This document shows, one piece after another, positions 12,264 through 25,670 of a stretch of 64,000 nt of DNA (position 1 is its first letter; the number at the start of each line of letters is the position of its first letter). Under the pieces are notes generated by a model that made no database searches, was not told the DNA's origin, and saw only the letters and a program-made list of their open reading frames with translations. The DNA comes from Octopus bimaculoides (lineage: Eukaryota): NCBI RefSeq assembly GCF_001194135.2, contig NC_068998.1, forward strand, positions 26,403,340-26,467,339. Reading direction: 5' to 3'. The position numbers and the translations under genes are program-made.

Positions 12264-13430
12264 ATATATGCATATATGCATATATACACTGTATTGTAAG
12301 GCTACAACAAGTAATATAGTACTATATCAGCCAAGAGAGTAAAAACACTATTATAATAAAAACCACAAATCTTGCAAAATACAGCTACCCAGGGTTTCCT
12401 AGTCGAAATATTAATTTGTTTCGACATTTTTCCAAGCTGGTTAAAGCAAGACAGTTCGTCAACAACAGCCTTCGAAGCAAAATACAAGGAACATAACCAG
12501 CGTTACAACAACTGAGATGGCTTATGATGTGTCCGACGGGCGCTCTTTAATTTCCGCTGAGATGTACTTTTTACGATGCGGACATAAAGAAAATATCACG
12601 TGCCTGCAATTTACAGACGCTCTTAAGTTCTTCAAAATGTACAGTTTTTCGAGGGAGCGTATCGAAAATCTTTTTGGCTCGTCAATATAGGGTTTGGTCT
12701 TGAAAAGTATTTTCTATTTGATGTTGTAGCTAATGTGTTTGTCTTTAGGTTTCCAGATTAATGCCGAGAGGGTTGTTGCAAGTCCTTTCAGGCGGTGGCT
12801 AAAGGTCTAAAAGTGGTTATTGTACCTGGATTAAAATTTTCTTCCCTCATCCAATATAACGCTCGGTCCGTTTTCGACTGTTGCTATAGTTTGCAAATAT
12901 CAATTTTCCTCCTGACGAAAGAAGCCGGTATTACGGTAATGTCTGCATACGACCATCTACTGCTTGCATATCCATGACTTTTTACACATTTCATTTGCTA
13001 ATTATGAACGATACTACTATTACGAAATTCAGAGCTCCCAGAAACAGATGCCAAGATGAAATAACTATGCGTTTTACCCTTAATTCTCTACTTTTTATAC
13101 TCCATGTAGAAATAAATTTATTTGTCAAGATATATAAATATCTATATGCTTAAACATTTATCTTCTGAACATGTTTAGTTTTTGCATCTATCTAAATCCC
13201 GATCTATATCTATTTCTGAATATGTATATATATATATATNNNNNNNNNNNNNNNNNNNNNNNNNNNNNNNNNNNNNNNNNNNNNNNNNNNNNNNNNNNNN
13301 NNATATATAGTCTAATCGTGTTTATCTGCATCACTATCTTTCCCCATAGGTGTGCGTATATATACATATATATGCATATATGTGTATATGTATATTTGTA
13401 TGCGTATATACGTACACATATATATGTGTG

Positions 13431-13499
<69 letters not shown>

Positions 13500-13714
13500 T
13501 GTAGGAGTGTGGGGTGGGGTATATGTGTGTGTGGGGGTGTTAAACACATCTCAGAGGTTTGTAATTACGCAGCGTAACGCATGAAGTAGTTTCAAGAAGA
13601 ACCAGAAATATTTAAAGATAGAAACTGGAAAAGTAATTTGAAGGAAAGTATTAGAAATTTTAAGCTCAAAATTTTGTTGGTTCACACAACAAATTAGAGC
13701 CACCTAATAAACTA

Positions 13715-13817
<103 letters not shown>

Positions 13818-14959
13818 AAATGCGAAACGCCGAATAGACTTTTTGCCATGCATCCTAAATCCTTCTATTATATATAACACATTCTCTGTAAAACACACGT
13901 ATTAAAAGAACTACTGAGAAACTAATGGAGATTTATATGGGGTGAAAATTATAAGTTCAACAGGCACGCCGCAAGTATGGAAAAGCTAGGTTAGGATTTC
14001 TACAAACATGCTGAATAAAAACAGTATGAAATTTACGTCACAATACTTGAAACATTTCGAATAAATATGAGATAATCCTCAGTTATAGCTGAGCTATTTA
14101 TTCAAGAATCCCATCATTTATTTCTGAGCATTCGTATCTGTGAATGGAAACAACACTCGTGACATGATAGACGATCCCAAGTCTGAAAATCTATTCTATA
14201 TTTCTCATTTCAAGAAGTAACCAAAGCATGTCTCCCAATAGCTTGCCAGAGCATTATAAGAATGCAGGTTAACTGAATGATGGACTTCGTTTCACAAACA
14301 CAAGATCCTGGGTTCGATCTTCTGCATGGCTCTACCAAAGCCTCGAGCAAACCTGTTTTTAATGGAAAAAGAAAACTGTATAGGCGGAAACTATGTTGCA
14401 GCTCTTCGGGTAGATTATATATACAAATCACAAATTGTGTGGGACTAGGTCGGCATGTGAATTAAGAAAAGGATAGACATGTCTGTATAATACTCAACTA
14501 CTTTCATGATAACTAAATAATTATTATTCAGTTATTTTGCTATCAAACATAGTTATAATATTTATCAAAGAAGTAAAAGTTTATCTTCGAAACTTACGAA
14601 TGACCCGTCACATTATGATACCTGAGAACCAGAAATAAGTATATGCTTGTACAGGCCAGCTACTAATCTAAAACAAAAACAAGGGTCGGAGAATAGAAAG
14701 GTAAACAAAGAAGCGCAAGCTATATTGTGGATCAACTACTAGAAAGTTTATAACAGCATATCACTAGGATGGACTATCAATGTACTTCAAAAAGCTTGAG
14801 TGCCAAAGGCACAACCAAAGTTCTGGCAGATATTAAATACGTATACCACAGGTGTAGACTTAAAGCATATGGATGTGTAAACATGCATAAGTCAAATTAT
14901 ACGGATCATCAGATGCATATTTAAAATCTATGCTTGCACACATGCATAGGTGTGCATAT

Positions 14960-15188
14960 GGCTATATTGTTAGTCCACATTAATCCTTAAGGAGAATATG
15001 GCCGAATATTGCTCCCGTGGAAGGGACGTTGGACCGACGCAGGGTTTCTCTGTTTTTACCAGTGCGAGATCTAGAGCAACGTGAAATGAAGTGTTTTGCT
15101 CAAGAACAAAACGCATCGACTGGTCCAGAAATCGAATCCATAATCTTACGATCATGGGTCCAACAGCCTAACACTTAAGCCATTTGGC
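14960..15188 (-). mobile_element. tRNA-derived SINE, family C
   Basis: Plus-strand CTAGAGCAACGTGAAATGAAGTGTTTTGCTCAAGAAC...GAAATCGAATCC matches the 3245-3556 copy. Confidence 0.8.
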
Positions 15189-15454
15189 TCCGCTAATTCC
15201 TTTATTGGAGCACTGTTTCTATCAATGTTTATGTTATGTTGTTACAATTACAATAAAACCAGATCTTCACTTTCGCTCTACTCCAGTAAATGAACTATAT
15301 CTAACGACTATGATTTTAACTTGTTTCTTATATATCACTGAGTAAAAGCCAGTTTATCTGGAGCCCATCCACGGATTTACAACAGAGAATTGTGATGAAC
15401 CATAATATGGAACCCTAGCAAAAGATTACTTGAAGTTGTTCACTAATCTAACTA

Positions 15455-15508
<54 letters not shown>

Positions 15509-15561
15509 TGTGTATGTGTGTGAGTGTGTATGTGTGTGTGAGTGTGTATGTATGTGTGAAA

Positions 15562-15695
15562 GTGCATGGTTTAGTGGTTAGGGTGTTATTGTCAGGATTC
15601 CATTTCCAGACCGGACGTTGCGTTGTGTTCTTGAGCAAAACACGTCGTTTCACGTTACTCTGCGATCATTTCGTCATCTGACATAAGACGCGTAG
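15562..15695 (+). mobile_element. Truncated family C SINE, paralogous to the 11571 copy
   Basis: Shares the diagnostic GGGTGTTATTGTC and the upstream microsatellite flank with the 11571 copy. Confidence 0.8.
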
Positions 15696-15801
15696 CTATA
15701 TTTTGCAAGACTTGTGGTTTTTATTGCGTCAACAGAAAGGTTATGAAGTATTTTGCCCGGATTGATAGTTACCCGCTATTTTTACTCTCTCTCTCTCTAT
15801 C

Positions 15802-15844
<43 letters not shown>

Positions 15845-16752
15845 NNNNNNNNNNNNNNNNNNNNNNNNNNNNNNNNNNNNNNNNNNNNNNNNNNNNNNNN
15901 NNNNNNNNNNNNNNNNNNNNNNNNNNNNNNNNNNNNNNNNNNNNNNNNNNNNNNNNNNNNNNNNNNNNNNNNNNNNNNNNNNNNNNNNNNNNNNNNNNNN
16001 NNNNNNNNNNNNNNNNNNNNNNNNNNNNNNNNNNNNNNNNNNNNNNNNNNNNNATATATATATATATATATAGTGGTTGTCTACTCCTTAAACAGAGTTT
16101 GACCACCTCCTGCACCTACACCTTAGCCCTTTCATGGCGTCTGATGTGGCTTTTTAAACCAGACAGTGTTTTGAAAAAGCACCCACACAGATTGCACCTC
16201 TGATTTGCACTACCAATACCTGCAAGTAAGTTCTGCTCATTGTGGATCCTAACATGTCTTTTAAGACCCCCATTGGATTTTCAAACCCTCTGGCACACAC
16301 CACATTCAAACGTGTGCACAGACATATTATCAGAATAGCTGGATGAGGTTTGTTTTCCATGGGTTCGCAGGTGAGATTTGAGGCCAGCCAAGGACATACA
16401 TAATATACATGCATAGATATATATGTATATAAACTAACACATATACGTATATGTGTGTGTGTATATATATATACACTTATGCAGAATACATGCATAGGAC
16501 TGCCCGATTGATGGTAAATTACAATCAAAAAGCTTTCTGTCTAAATTAGAAACCAGCTCTTTCTTCACTGCTGAGAAATTTGAGAAAGAAAATCACATGC
16601 AAAAATACATAAATACACACGAATGTACATGTATATAAACATACATACATACATACATACGTACATTACGCACGAATATATATGTTTATACCTACTTTAA
16701 ATATATACAGAAACAGGTAATAAATAATCCAAATGCAAATAAGTTTATTCCA

Positions 16753-16799
<47 letters not shown>

Positions 16800-17419
16800 C
16801 ATACATACATATATATACATATATATATACACATACATATACAGAAAGATAGATAGATAGATAAAATACATACACACACAAACACACAAGTATACACACA
16901 CATATATATCCACTCACACAATTTTTTTACTCATTTATTTGCATTAGGAAGAAGACATCTAATGCAGATATACGTTACATAGGCACACATGTGTATACAA
17001 AGGTATGTATATGCGTATATAAATGAATACGTATGTGTGTATATATATATATATGTGTGTCTGTGTGTAAAAAGTATATATATATATACACATATGTATA
17101 TATAATATATATACACACACATACACACATGTATATACACACACGTATATACCCATTCACACGCTATTCTTTTTTTATTTATTTATTTGTTTGCATTAGG
17201 AAGAAGACATTATCTGAAGGTGAATCTGTCGAACATGACACCAGACGTGACAAGTGTGGATGTTTCTATCAATGTTTATGTTATGTTGTTACAATTACAA
17301 TACAAACATGTCTTCAGTTTCACGTTGCTTAGATTTGAGAGAATAAAACAAACTGTATATTTGATTTAAAATGGACGCGAAATAATATCTTGTGTGTGTG
17401 AGGGAGATCTGAGTGAAAA

Positions 17420-17645
17420 GAATTAATTTTAGTCGCTGCTGTTGTTCTCGTTGTGATTTGGCTCCCAGTTAGGTTTGATGGAGCGGATCGAAAGGCATTC
17501 CAATCATACTTGGTTTTTCAAATGTAATGTATCCCAGGCTACATATTATCCAATGTATTCTTTACTTTTAAGACAACTCGATGTGTCTTGTGGTAGATTT
17601 AGCTGTTATTTCTAGTAGGTTGAATGACATTGTCAAGCTCCGACC
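17420..17645 (-). mobile_element. SINE-like repeat, family D
   Basis: Minus strand CTAGAAATAACAGCTAAATC...TTGGATAATATGTAG...GGAATGCCTTTCGATC is similar to plus-strand 36655-36845. Confidence 0.5.
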
Positions 17646-17660
17646 TAGGCTCTGATATCG

Positions 17661-18352
17661 GTTTCAAATTTTGGCACAAGGCCGACAGTCCTAAGGGAGA
17701 GGTAAGATGATTACATTCAACTGGTATCTATTTTATATTAGTACTCAACTGGTACGTATTTTATCGACCCCGAAGTGATGAAAGTTTAAGTCGTCATCGG
17801 CAGAATTTGAACTCAGAATTTAAAGACGAAAGAAATGCCGCAAAGCATTTTGTCCGACGTGCTAACGATTCTGCCAGCTCACCGACTTCACATTACCTCT
17901 AATATTCGTTTCAAATTTTTGCACAAAGCCTGCAATTTCGAGAAGTGGGTAACTCCATTACATCGCTCCAGGTATTCAACTAGTACTTATTTTATTGATC
18001 CCGAAAGGATGAAACGCAAAGACGATCTCGGCGGAACTTGAACTCAGAACGTAAAGACAAAAGAAATGCCGCAAAGCATTCTGTCCGGCGTTCTATAGAT
18101 TCTAACTGCTCGCCACCTACAACGTGGCTTTAATATTCTTTTCTACTCTAGGCACAAGGCCCGAAATTTTGAGGGAGGAGGCCAGTCGATTAGATCGACT
18201 CCAGTACACAAATGGTACTTCATTTTTTCGACTCCGAAAGGATGAAAGGCAAAGTCGACCTCGGTGGAATTTGAACTCAGAACATAAAGACAGACGAAAT
18301 ACGCCGAGCATTTCGCCCGACACACTAACGTTTCTGCCAGCTCGCCACCTTC
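17661..18352 (-). mobile_element. Three head-to-tail SINE family A copies (17661-17888, 17908-18118, 18139-18352)
   Basis: Each has GGCACAAGGCC...GTACTTATTTTATCGACCCCGAAAGGATGAAAGGCAAAGTCGACCTCGGCGGAATTTGAACTCAGAAC...CTGCCAGCTCGCC-like sequence. Confidence 0.92.
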
Positions 18353-18633
18353 AACTTGGCTCTAATATTGACTCGATGCTTGTTCTATTTTATCCTGTTA
18401 TCTCTCCTCAATTCTTGTTTGTTTTTTTCTGCAATTTTGATTATTTTGAGTATTCTGCAGCCTTGGTCATCTCTGAGAGAGGTGGCTGATATTGCATAGT
18501 TATTCTATAAATTACATTCCTTTTAATAAGTGCCAGTGTACTACAGGAAACATATCAAATGGTGACATTAACTGCTACAGTAATAGTTTCGATTTATGCC
18601 TATGTTAAAATCATGTATTCTCTATATAATATG

Positions 18634-18634
18634 A

Positions 18635-18699
<65 letters not shown>

Positions 18700-18932
18700 C
18701 TATTTTATATACATGTATGCGTGCGGAAGTAAGAGGGGGTAAAGTGTGTATTTGTATGTGTAAGGGAGTACAGTGTACGCTTCAAATTTATGTTTGTTCA
18801 TGCAGATCTGTGTGTTTCTTTGTGTATGTATGTGTGTGAATGTACGCGTTTGACTACGTCTATGAAAATTCATCGTGTATGTGTGCATAGGTGTGTTTGT
18901 GTATGCATATATATGTGCACACACACACATAC

Positions 18933-19020
<88 letters not shown>

Positions 19021-19125
19021 NNNNNNNNNNNNNNNNNNNNNNNNNNNNNNNNNNNNNNNNNNNNNNNNNNNNNNNNNNNNNNNNNNNNNNNNNNNNNNNN
19101 NNNNNNNNNNNNNNNNNNNNNNNNN

Positions 19126-19156
<31 letters not shown>

Positions 19157-19562
19157 ATATGTATATATGTGTGCATATATAAATATATGTATGTACGTGT
19201 GTATGTGTATGTATATAGGTGTGTGTATATGTAACACTATATATGGATTCGTGTTTACCAACTCTTTCATACCCAAATATAAACACACATACGTATGTTC
19301 ACGTACACACACACGCACGCACGCACGCACACACTTACACACACACTTACACACAAAGACATAATGGTAGATATGTATAAATCCATAATAGTATATGAGT
19401 GTTTATGAGTGTATAAAATTTAGTGTATGTTTATGTAGGTGTAATGTCTTCCCTATCATTTTGTCAACAGATTTGTGAAGAAAAAATTGTTTTACTTCTG
19501 CGCTGAGAATTCCATTTCAGCGTTGGTTTTATTACTTATTTTAATATCCGGGTGGGTATTAT

Positions 19563-19622
<60 letters not shown>

Positions 19623-19859
19623 GTGTATGTATGTATGTATGTATGCATGCATGCATATACATATATGTATATGTGTATATGTATATGTATGTGAGTGCGC
19701 GCGTGCGTGTGTATATGTATAAATGTATGTAGTATATATGTGTACACACAAACACACACATGAAGACAATGTGTTTGTGATGCATGTGTAGGTGCATTTA
19801 CTCGTACTCATGTATATATGTGTATGTATAAGAGAATGCACATAACTAAGCATGCATTA

Positions 19860-19899
<40 letters not shown>

Positions 19900-20000
19900 G
19901 TGTGTATGCATACATGTATATATGTATTCATGCAAGCATTTATGTATGTACATATTGAGATATGTGTTTATGTTTATAAATATATATGTAGTCATATATG
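18634..20000. repeat. Dense (TG)n/(TA)n/(TATG)n/(CA)n microsatellite region
   Basis: Direct reading; contains a gap. Confidence 0.9.
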
Positions 20001-20232
20001 CATGAATCAGAAGAAGCAATAAAAAGGTGTCGAGTGAATAATGTGTAAAATGGCGTCAGCCGTAACAACATTAAGTTGAAGAATACAAAATGTTTGGTAA
20101 TTCTGTAAAGATCAATTTTCAGATATTTTTCTACATATTGAACGTATCGTATTCACATTCTTGCTTGTCTCTATAATGAATACAAAAACTACTATTAGAC
20201 TACCTTCCCCTCCTCCCACCTCTTGTCTTTCT

Positions 20233-20283
<51 letters not shown>

Positions 20284-20493
20284 CATATATGTATACATAG
20301 GCATATATATATTTATATTTGTATATGCATGCATATATTTCGTGTTATGCTTAGAAGCAGTGAATGATACCAGAATTTCCGACTCGAGTCAAATAAAACG
20401 CTACAAATCCTTTTAGAGTATCGGCATTAATGGAGTCAGGAGACGTTAGTTTGTATTAGCATCCAGTCGTATAAATAATATTGATTATAATAA

Positions 20494-20670
20494 TCTTTTC
20501 TACTTAAGGTGCAAGGCCTGAAATTTGGCGGGAGAGGACTAGTCGATTACATCGAGACCATTGTTTTACTGGCACTTAACTTATCAACTCCGAAAGGATG
20601 AAACACAAAGTCGACCTCGGCGAAATTTGAACTCGCCTGACATGCTTATAATTCTACCAGCTCGCTGCCT

Positions 20671-20671
<1 letters not shown>
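20494..20671 (-). mobile_element. SINE family A copy (internally deleted)
   Basis: Shares CCGAAAGGATGAAACACAAAGTCGACCTCGGCGAAATTTGAACTC and CCAGCTCGCTGCCTT. Confidence 0.88.
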
Positions 20672-20700
<29 letters not shown>

Positions 20701-20704
<4 letters not shown>

Positions 20705-21315
20705 GCCCGGATGCAGTACCAGGCAGTGGCTCTCATGGTTTCTGGTCTTAATTGATTGGAAGTGTTATCATGTACATTGTTTTGCCTTGGTATAAAAGAT
20801 GGGCTACAGTAAATATTCTGCTTAATACCACAGATTTGCTTGTCAGTTGTTTGACCTTAACCAGTTGAGCATGTCACTTGGTGGCTGACAATATGTGCAT
20901 CTCTAATCATGAGCAGAAGTAGTGGNNNNNNNNNNNNNNNNNNNNNNNNNNNNNNNNNNNNNNNNNNNNNNNNNNNNNNNNNNNNNNNNNNNNNNNNNNN
21001 NNNNNNNNNNNNNNNNNNNNNNNNNNNNNNNNNNNNNNNNNNNNNNNNNNNNNNNNNNNNNNNNNNNNNNNNNNNNNNNNNNNNNNNNNNNNNNNNNNNN
21101 NNNNNNNNNNNNNNNNNNNNNNNNNNNNNNNNNNNNNNNNNNNNNNNNNNNNNNNNNNNNNNNNNNNNNNNNNNNNNNNNNNNNNNNNNNNNNNNNNNNG
21201 GTTGTGATGCATGTGCCTGGTGTACCCTCATCAGACGGGTAGTCATGATGGGTGTATTGGGCTTCGTATATTTTACCCCAGTATCACTTTGATGGCATGC
21301 ACTGCTCTCTCACTC

Positions 21316-21320
<5 letters not shown>
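20701..21320. mobile_element. Unclassified interspersed repeat of about 620 bp between (AAT)n tracts, with a gap inside
   Basis: Bounded by (AAT)n on both sides; recalled as an abundant octopus repeat, which cannot be verified within this window. Confidence 0.4.
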
Positions 21321-21369
<49 letters not shown>

Positions 21370-21370
<1 letters not shown>

Positions 21371-21650
21371 GAGCACTAACAACCAAGTTCGAGAAATACA
21401 TCAAAGAAATCGAAATTGACATGAGAGCAGAGCAAGCCCAAAATCTGCTCTGCTGGGGACAGCTAGGATTTTGAGATTGGTATTTGGATGTTGAATGTCT
21501 CCCACGATAATTAACAACCAGGAATCAAAGCTTATAATGTGCCGAAAGAGACCCTGTGAGACCTCTGACAGCAGGCTGCTGTCCGCTCTCACAGAATCTA
21601 CCAGAACAAATAAGACTGAACGTTCTGAGAAGTAAAACAATAAGAAAGTC
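21370..21650 (+). mobile_element. R4/Dong-like LINE extreme 3' end (ORF C-terminus and 3' UTR)
   Basis: ALTTKFEKYIKEIEIDMRAEQAQ, then after a frameshift KSALLGTARILR, matching the RLE C-terminal GALG..LEKY..I..QK.ALLGTARILR motif. Confidence 0.8.
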
Positions 21651-21774
21651 AAATGTATTAACTGCGGACGGTCTTACATAAAGGTTGTATTTCGTGTTAT
21701 ATATTACGCGATGATCTGAAACGAATGTATTAAATGCTTTGAAAATATTAACATTTGGTTTGATTTCATTAGAG

Positions 21775-22325
21775 ACGCGACGTGGAAATAAAGCCACGAT
21801 CACGTCTTTGACGTCTCGGGATGCGCGTGCTACGTGAAAGTCTGTGGGACTGCGACTGGGCACCTGGACTGACGGACAAGTTAAACTCCTCGGAGTCTGT
21901 TTTGGTCCCGACCTCCAAGTTGATAAGAATTGGGAAGAGATGGCGAATAAGATGGCCTGTCTTACCCAGAAACGGGCAAAGACGAAGTTGTCTATGAAAG
22001 GGTGGGCAAATGTGGCGAATGCCTACATCGCCTCTGTCATTATTTATTGTACGACCGTCATGCCTTGTCCCAGTTACTGCTTGATTAGATTGGAACGTAT
22101 CCTGTTTATTTTGTAGTGGAAGAGACGCGTTCCAAGGTCAGGCGGTCAGTCTGCTACCAACTCCCTCTGCGTGGCGGCTTAGGAATGCAATTGCTTTTCA
22201 TGCGCAGACACGCACTCAGGTTGTGCTACCAGCAAGAATTTCTAGGTGGACGTGTGTAAGCTCTGCTTTTGAGACACGCTTTTCCGCAGTTTTGTCTCCT
22301 TGACGAAGCTGCAATCATTGCCCTA
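21775..22325 (+). mobile_element. Tx1/L1-clade LINE fragment with a large internal deletion
   Basis: RRGNKATI joined directly to KSVGLRLGTWTDGQVKLLGVCFGP..LS.KG.ANVAN.YIASVIIY..LERILF. Confidence 0.85.
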
Positions 22326-22521
22326 GGCAGCAAACTGCTGTTCGCTCTCACAAATCCACCAGAACAAGCAAGACTGAGCGTTTTGAGAAGTAAAACAATA
22401 GTAACGTCAAATGTATTACCTGAGGAAGGTCTGTATTTCGTGTTATATACTACGCGATGATTTTAAACTTACGTATTAAATGCTTTGAAAATATCAATAT
22501 TTGGTTTGATTTCATTGGAGA

Positions 22522-24310
22522 CCGCGACGTGGAAACAAAGTCATGATCAGGTTTTTGACGGAACGGGATAGGCGCGGGCTACTCGGCTCCGAGCAGATGT
22601 GCGCAGCTTTCCAACGGCACTTCGTGAAGCTGTTTGGAGAGCACGCTGAGTCTACGACAGTACTGGTCTTTAGCACGTACTTGGACGGCTTGTCGCAACT
22701 CTCAGCAGCTGACGTGAGGTTATGTGAAAAGCCGATAACAGCCGCTGAAATTCGGGAGGTGATGTCGATTGCCCAAGTCGCAGATCACCAGATTTCGATG
22801 AGCTATCCTATGAATTTTATGCATTCATGCCAGATTTGTTTAGCGACCTCTTGGCAGACGTTTACCGCATCTGACAACAGAACGGGGGAATTCCTAGTGC
22901 TGTTAACCGGGGTATGATAACACTGCTGAAAAGTACGCCGACAATGGGGACGTGCTAGGGAATCTTCGGCCCATAACACTGCTAAACATAGTTTAAGATT
23001 TTGGCCAAGGTGTTAGAGCGAAAAGGCTGGCGCTTGTCGTTGGTAGCCTGGTCGGAGAAGCGCAAACTTGCACAATACCGAACAGATATATCCATGACAA
23101 CCCCCATCTTAGGCGATACATCATAGAGTGGGTTGGGACCAAAGCTGGATTCGCAAGTACTTTGTTCGATTTGGATCAATTGAAAGCATTCGACAGGGTC
23201 GACCATCGCTACTTGGAAGCCGTCCTGAAAGCATCCGTTTTCAGAGGCTGGATTGCTGCAATGTACAGCAGTACCTTTTCAGTACTCAAACTAAACGTTC
23301 ACCTATCAGAGCCCTTTAGCATCGCACGCTCGGTCCATCAGGGCTGCTCACTGTCACCTCTTCAGTACGTATTGGCACTCGAGCCACTGCTGCGGAAATT
23401 GGAACATCTAAGTGGCATCCCTTTCGAACTGAGACGATGAATGGCAGTGTCAGCATACACGGACGGCGTCACCATCAAGGTGTCGAATGCCTCCGCAGTA
23501 GAGGCGGTCGGTACTATCCTAAAATGAACGCCGACAAATCGGTGGGTTTGTGGTTGGGCATCTGGAGAGGTAGGATGATGCCATCGGACGGTGTCGTCGG
23601 ACGCTGGACCGACGGACCAGTTAAACTGCTCGGGATCTGGTTTGGACTGAAACGAGGTAGCGAACAGGGTGACCAGTCTTACCTAGAAATGAGCTGAGAG
23701 GAAGCTATCCCTGAAAGGTCGTTCCATTATCATTTATTGCCTGGCCGTCGTGCCTTGACCCGGTTATTGCTTGACCAGGTTGGAGCGTCTCTAATTTAAA
23801 TTCTTGTGGAAGGGACGCATTCCAATGGTCAGACATTCAGTTTATTGCCAGCATCCTCTGAATGGCGGATTAGGTATGCGCAGGCACGCTCTTAGTTTAC
23901 GCCACCTGCAATTTTAGGGACATTCAAAATCCACAACTAGGTGTTTGGTATCTGGAATTCAGCCTGTTCGCACGACTGGGTGTTTGGTATCTGGAATATA
24001 GCCTGTCCGAGATACGCACTGAGCTACGAAATCGTTTCGCATGCACCTCTTCATTGCTTGTATGTTGTCGCGAAGAACAAGTAAATTTCTTCTGCCGTGA
24101 AGAGCAAGTAAATTTCTTCTGCTTCGGGGCTATAGCGAAAGAGGCTGTGTAGAGGACTAGACTACAAGGGCTGAAGGAAGCCACATTTTAATTCCACCAA
24201 CCTACATCAACGTTTTAAAGTTGCACTCGGTGAGGAGACTGAGGATGGCAAAGATCGTGAATATGGCAAAGAAAGTAAGGGTAGAAATTATGGACATTGA
24301 TGAGCATCTC
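22522..24310 (+). mobile_element. 5'-truncated Tx1/L1-clade LINE; reverse transcriptase pseudogene with many frameshifts
   Basis: CEKPITAAEI, LRPITLLN, LDQ.KAFDRVDH.YL, SVHQGCSLSP..YVLALEPLLRKL, AYTDG (YADD-equivalent), WTDGPVKLLGIWFG, KFLWKGRIP, GGLGM and a decayed C-terminus IAKEAV.RTRL.GL. Confidence 0.92.
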
Positions 24311-24956
24311 ACGAGAATTTAAAAAGCGGAAGGCTCGCGTCGGAATACACGGAAGAAATTAATCGGGCGTCCTCGTTCACTGCCGCCAGTACAATTTTTC
24401 TTTTCACTCCCATATATATATTGTTCTCGATAAAACATGTCCCACAGCATCGGATCTGTCACCGGTGTTGTTTCTATTTCATATTTGTATTTATTCTTAC
24501 GTAGCACTGTCCGGGCATACTCGCAGATGGTTTTGCACACCATGAACGCATAGGTCGTGGATTGGCGAAAAGAATGATCTTGATCTTGGTCGGGGATGTA
24601 ATGTTGACAGGCCACAAAAATGCAGTTTTGACACCCGGAGTTTTGTGTGAGTGTTCTTCGCTATGCCAAGGGCAGTCTACCGGTAAATACTCGCAGTGTA
24701 TGCGTTAAGTATATGTGCTTAACAGTATATACATACACACACACTCACACACACATGCACGTGTGTGTATGGTTGTGTGTGTGTCTGAATGTCTGTCTGT
24801 GTGTCTACGAGTGTGTTAAGCACGACGCATAGATGGCTATTCATGACGAATGTGATTCCACAGATAAATTAATATACTCCTTCTTTGGTTTATTGAGCAC
24901 CTTTAATTAGAACGCCTTCGGTTTCAAGCGAATAAACAGCAATTCCGCATATTCGT

Positions 24957-24963
24957 GTGTATG

Positions 24964-25005
<42 letters not shown>

Positions 25006-25597
25006 CATACATACATATATATACATATATATGTGTGTATATATATATATATATACTCACATATATATGCATATTTATCTATATATATGTTTCTGTGTGC
25101 GCTGACGCGCCTGTCTATGTATATGCGTTTGTGTGTAGATGTATGTACATGTGTGTATGCTTAAAAACGACATCGACACACGAATATATACATTTAATTT
25201 TTATTTTATCTCACTGAGATATTTCCTCATTTCGAGTGCACAACCACTCAACGGATTGTCGACATATGCACACGCACAAACACACACACACACACATATA
25301 CACACACTCACACACACTTATATACTGCATATATGTATGCATACGTCGAAAACCCGAGCAGCGTCTGTACACCCTGAGCGAGGAAATATGTCGGTTAGAT
25401 ATAATAAAATTGTAATGCATATATTCATGCAGATCAATGTCGCAAACACACACTCACACACATACACGGAGAGTACACCCAAGACAGACGCATCAGTAGG
25501 CGTACGTGCATGTGCTATGTACGTGTGGGTGTGTATATATACACATATATATATATTTATATATATACATACACATATATATATACATATGTATATA

Positions 25598-25640
<43 letters not shown>

Positions 25641-25670
25641 TATATATATATACTCACACACACACACATT
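24957..25670. repeat. (TA)n/(TACA)n/(CA)n microsatellite region
   Basis: Direct reading. Confidence 0.85.

Noticed and set aside
23936-24122. 39-bp and 27-bp direct repeats as a CRISPR-like array
   Set aside because: Only two units each, with no spacer series; they are small tandem duplications in a decayed Tx1 in eukaryotic DNA.
24319-24650. 98-aa minus-strand ORF (MACQHYIPDQ...)
   Set aside because: Non-ATG start, no clear splice sites, no recognisable motif, and it lies antisense to the probable Tx1 3' UTR. A BLASTp hit would reopen it.
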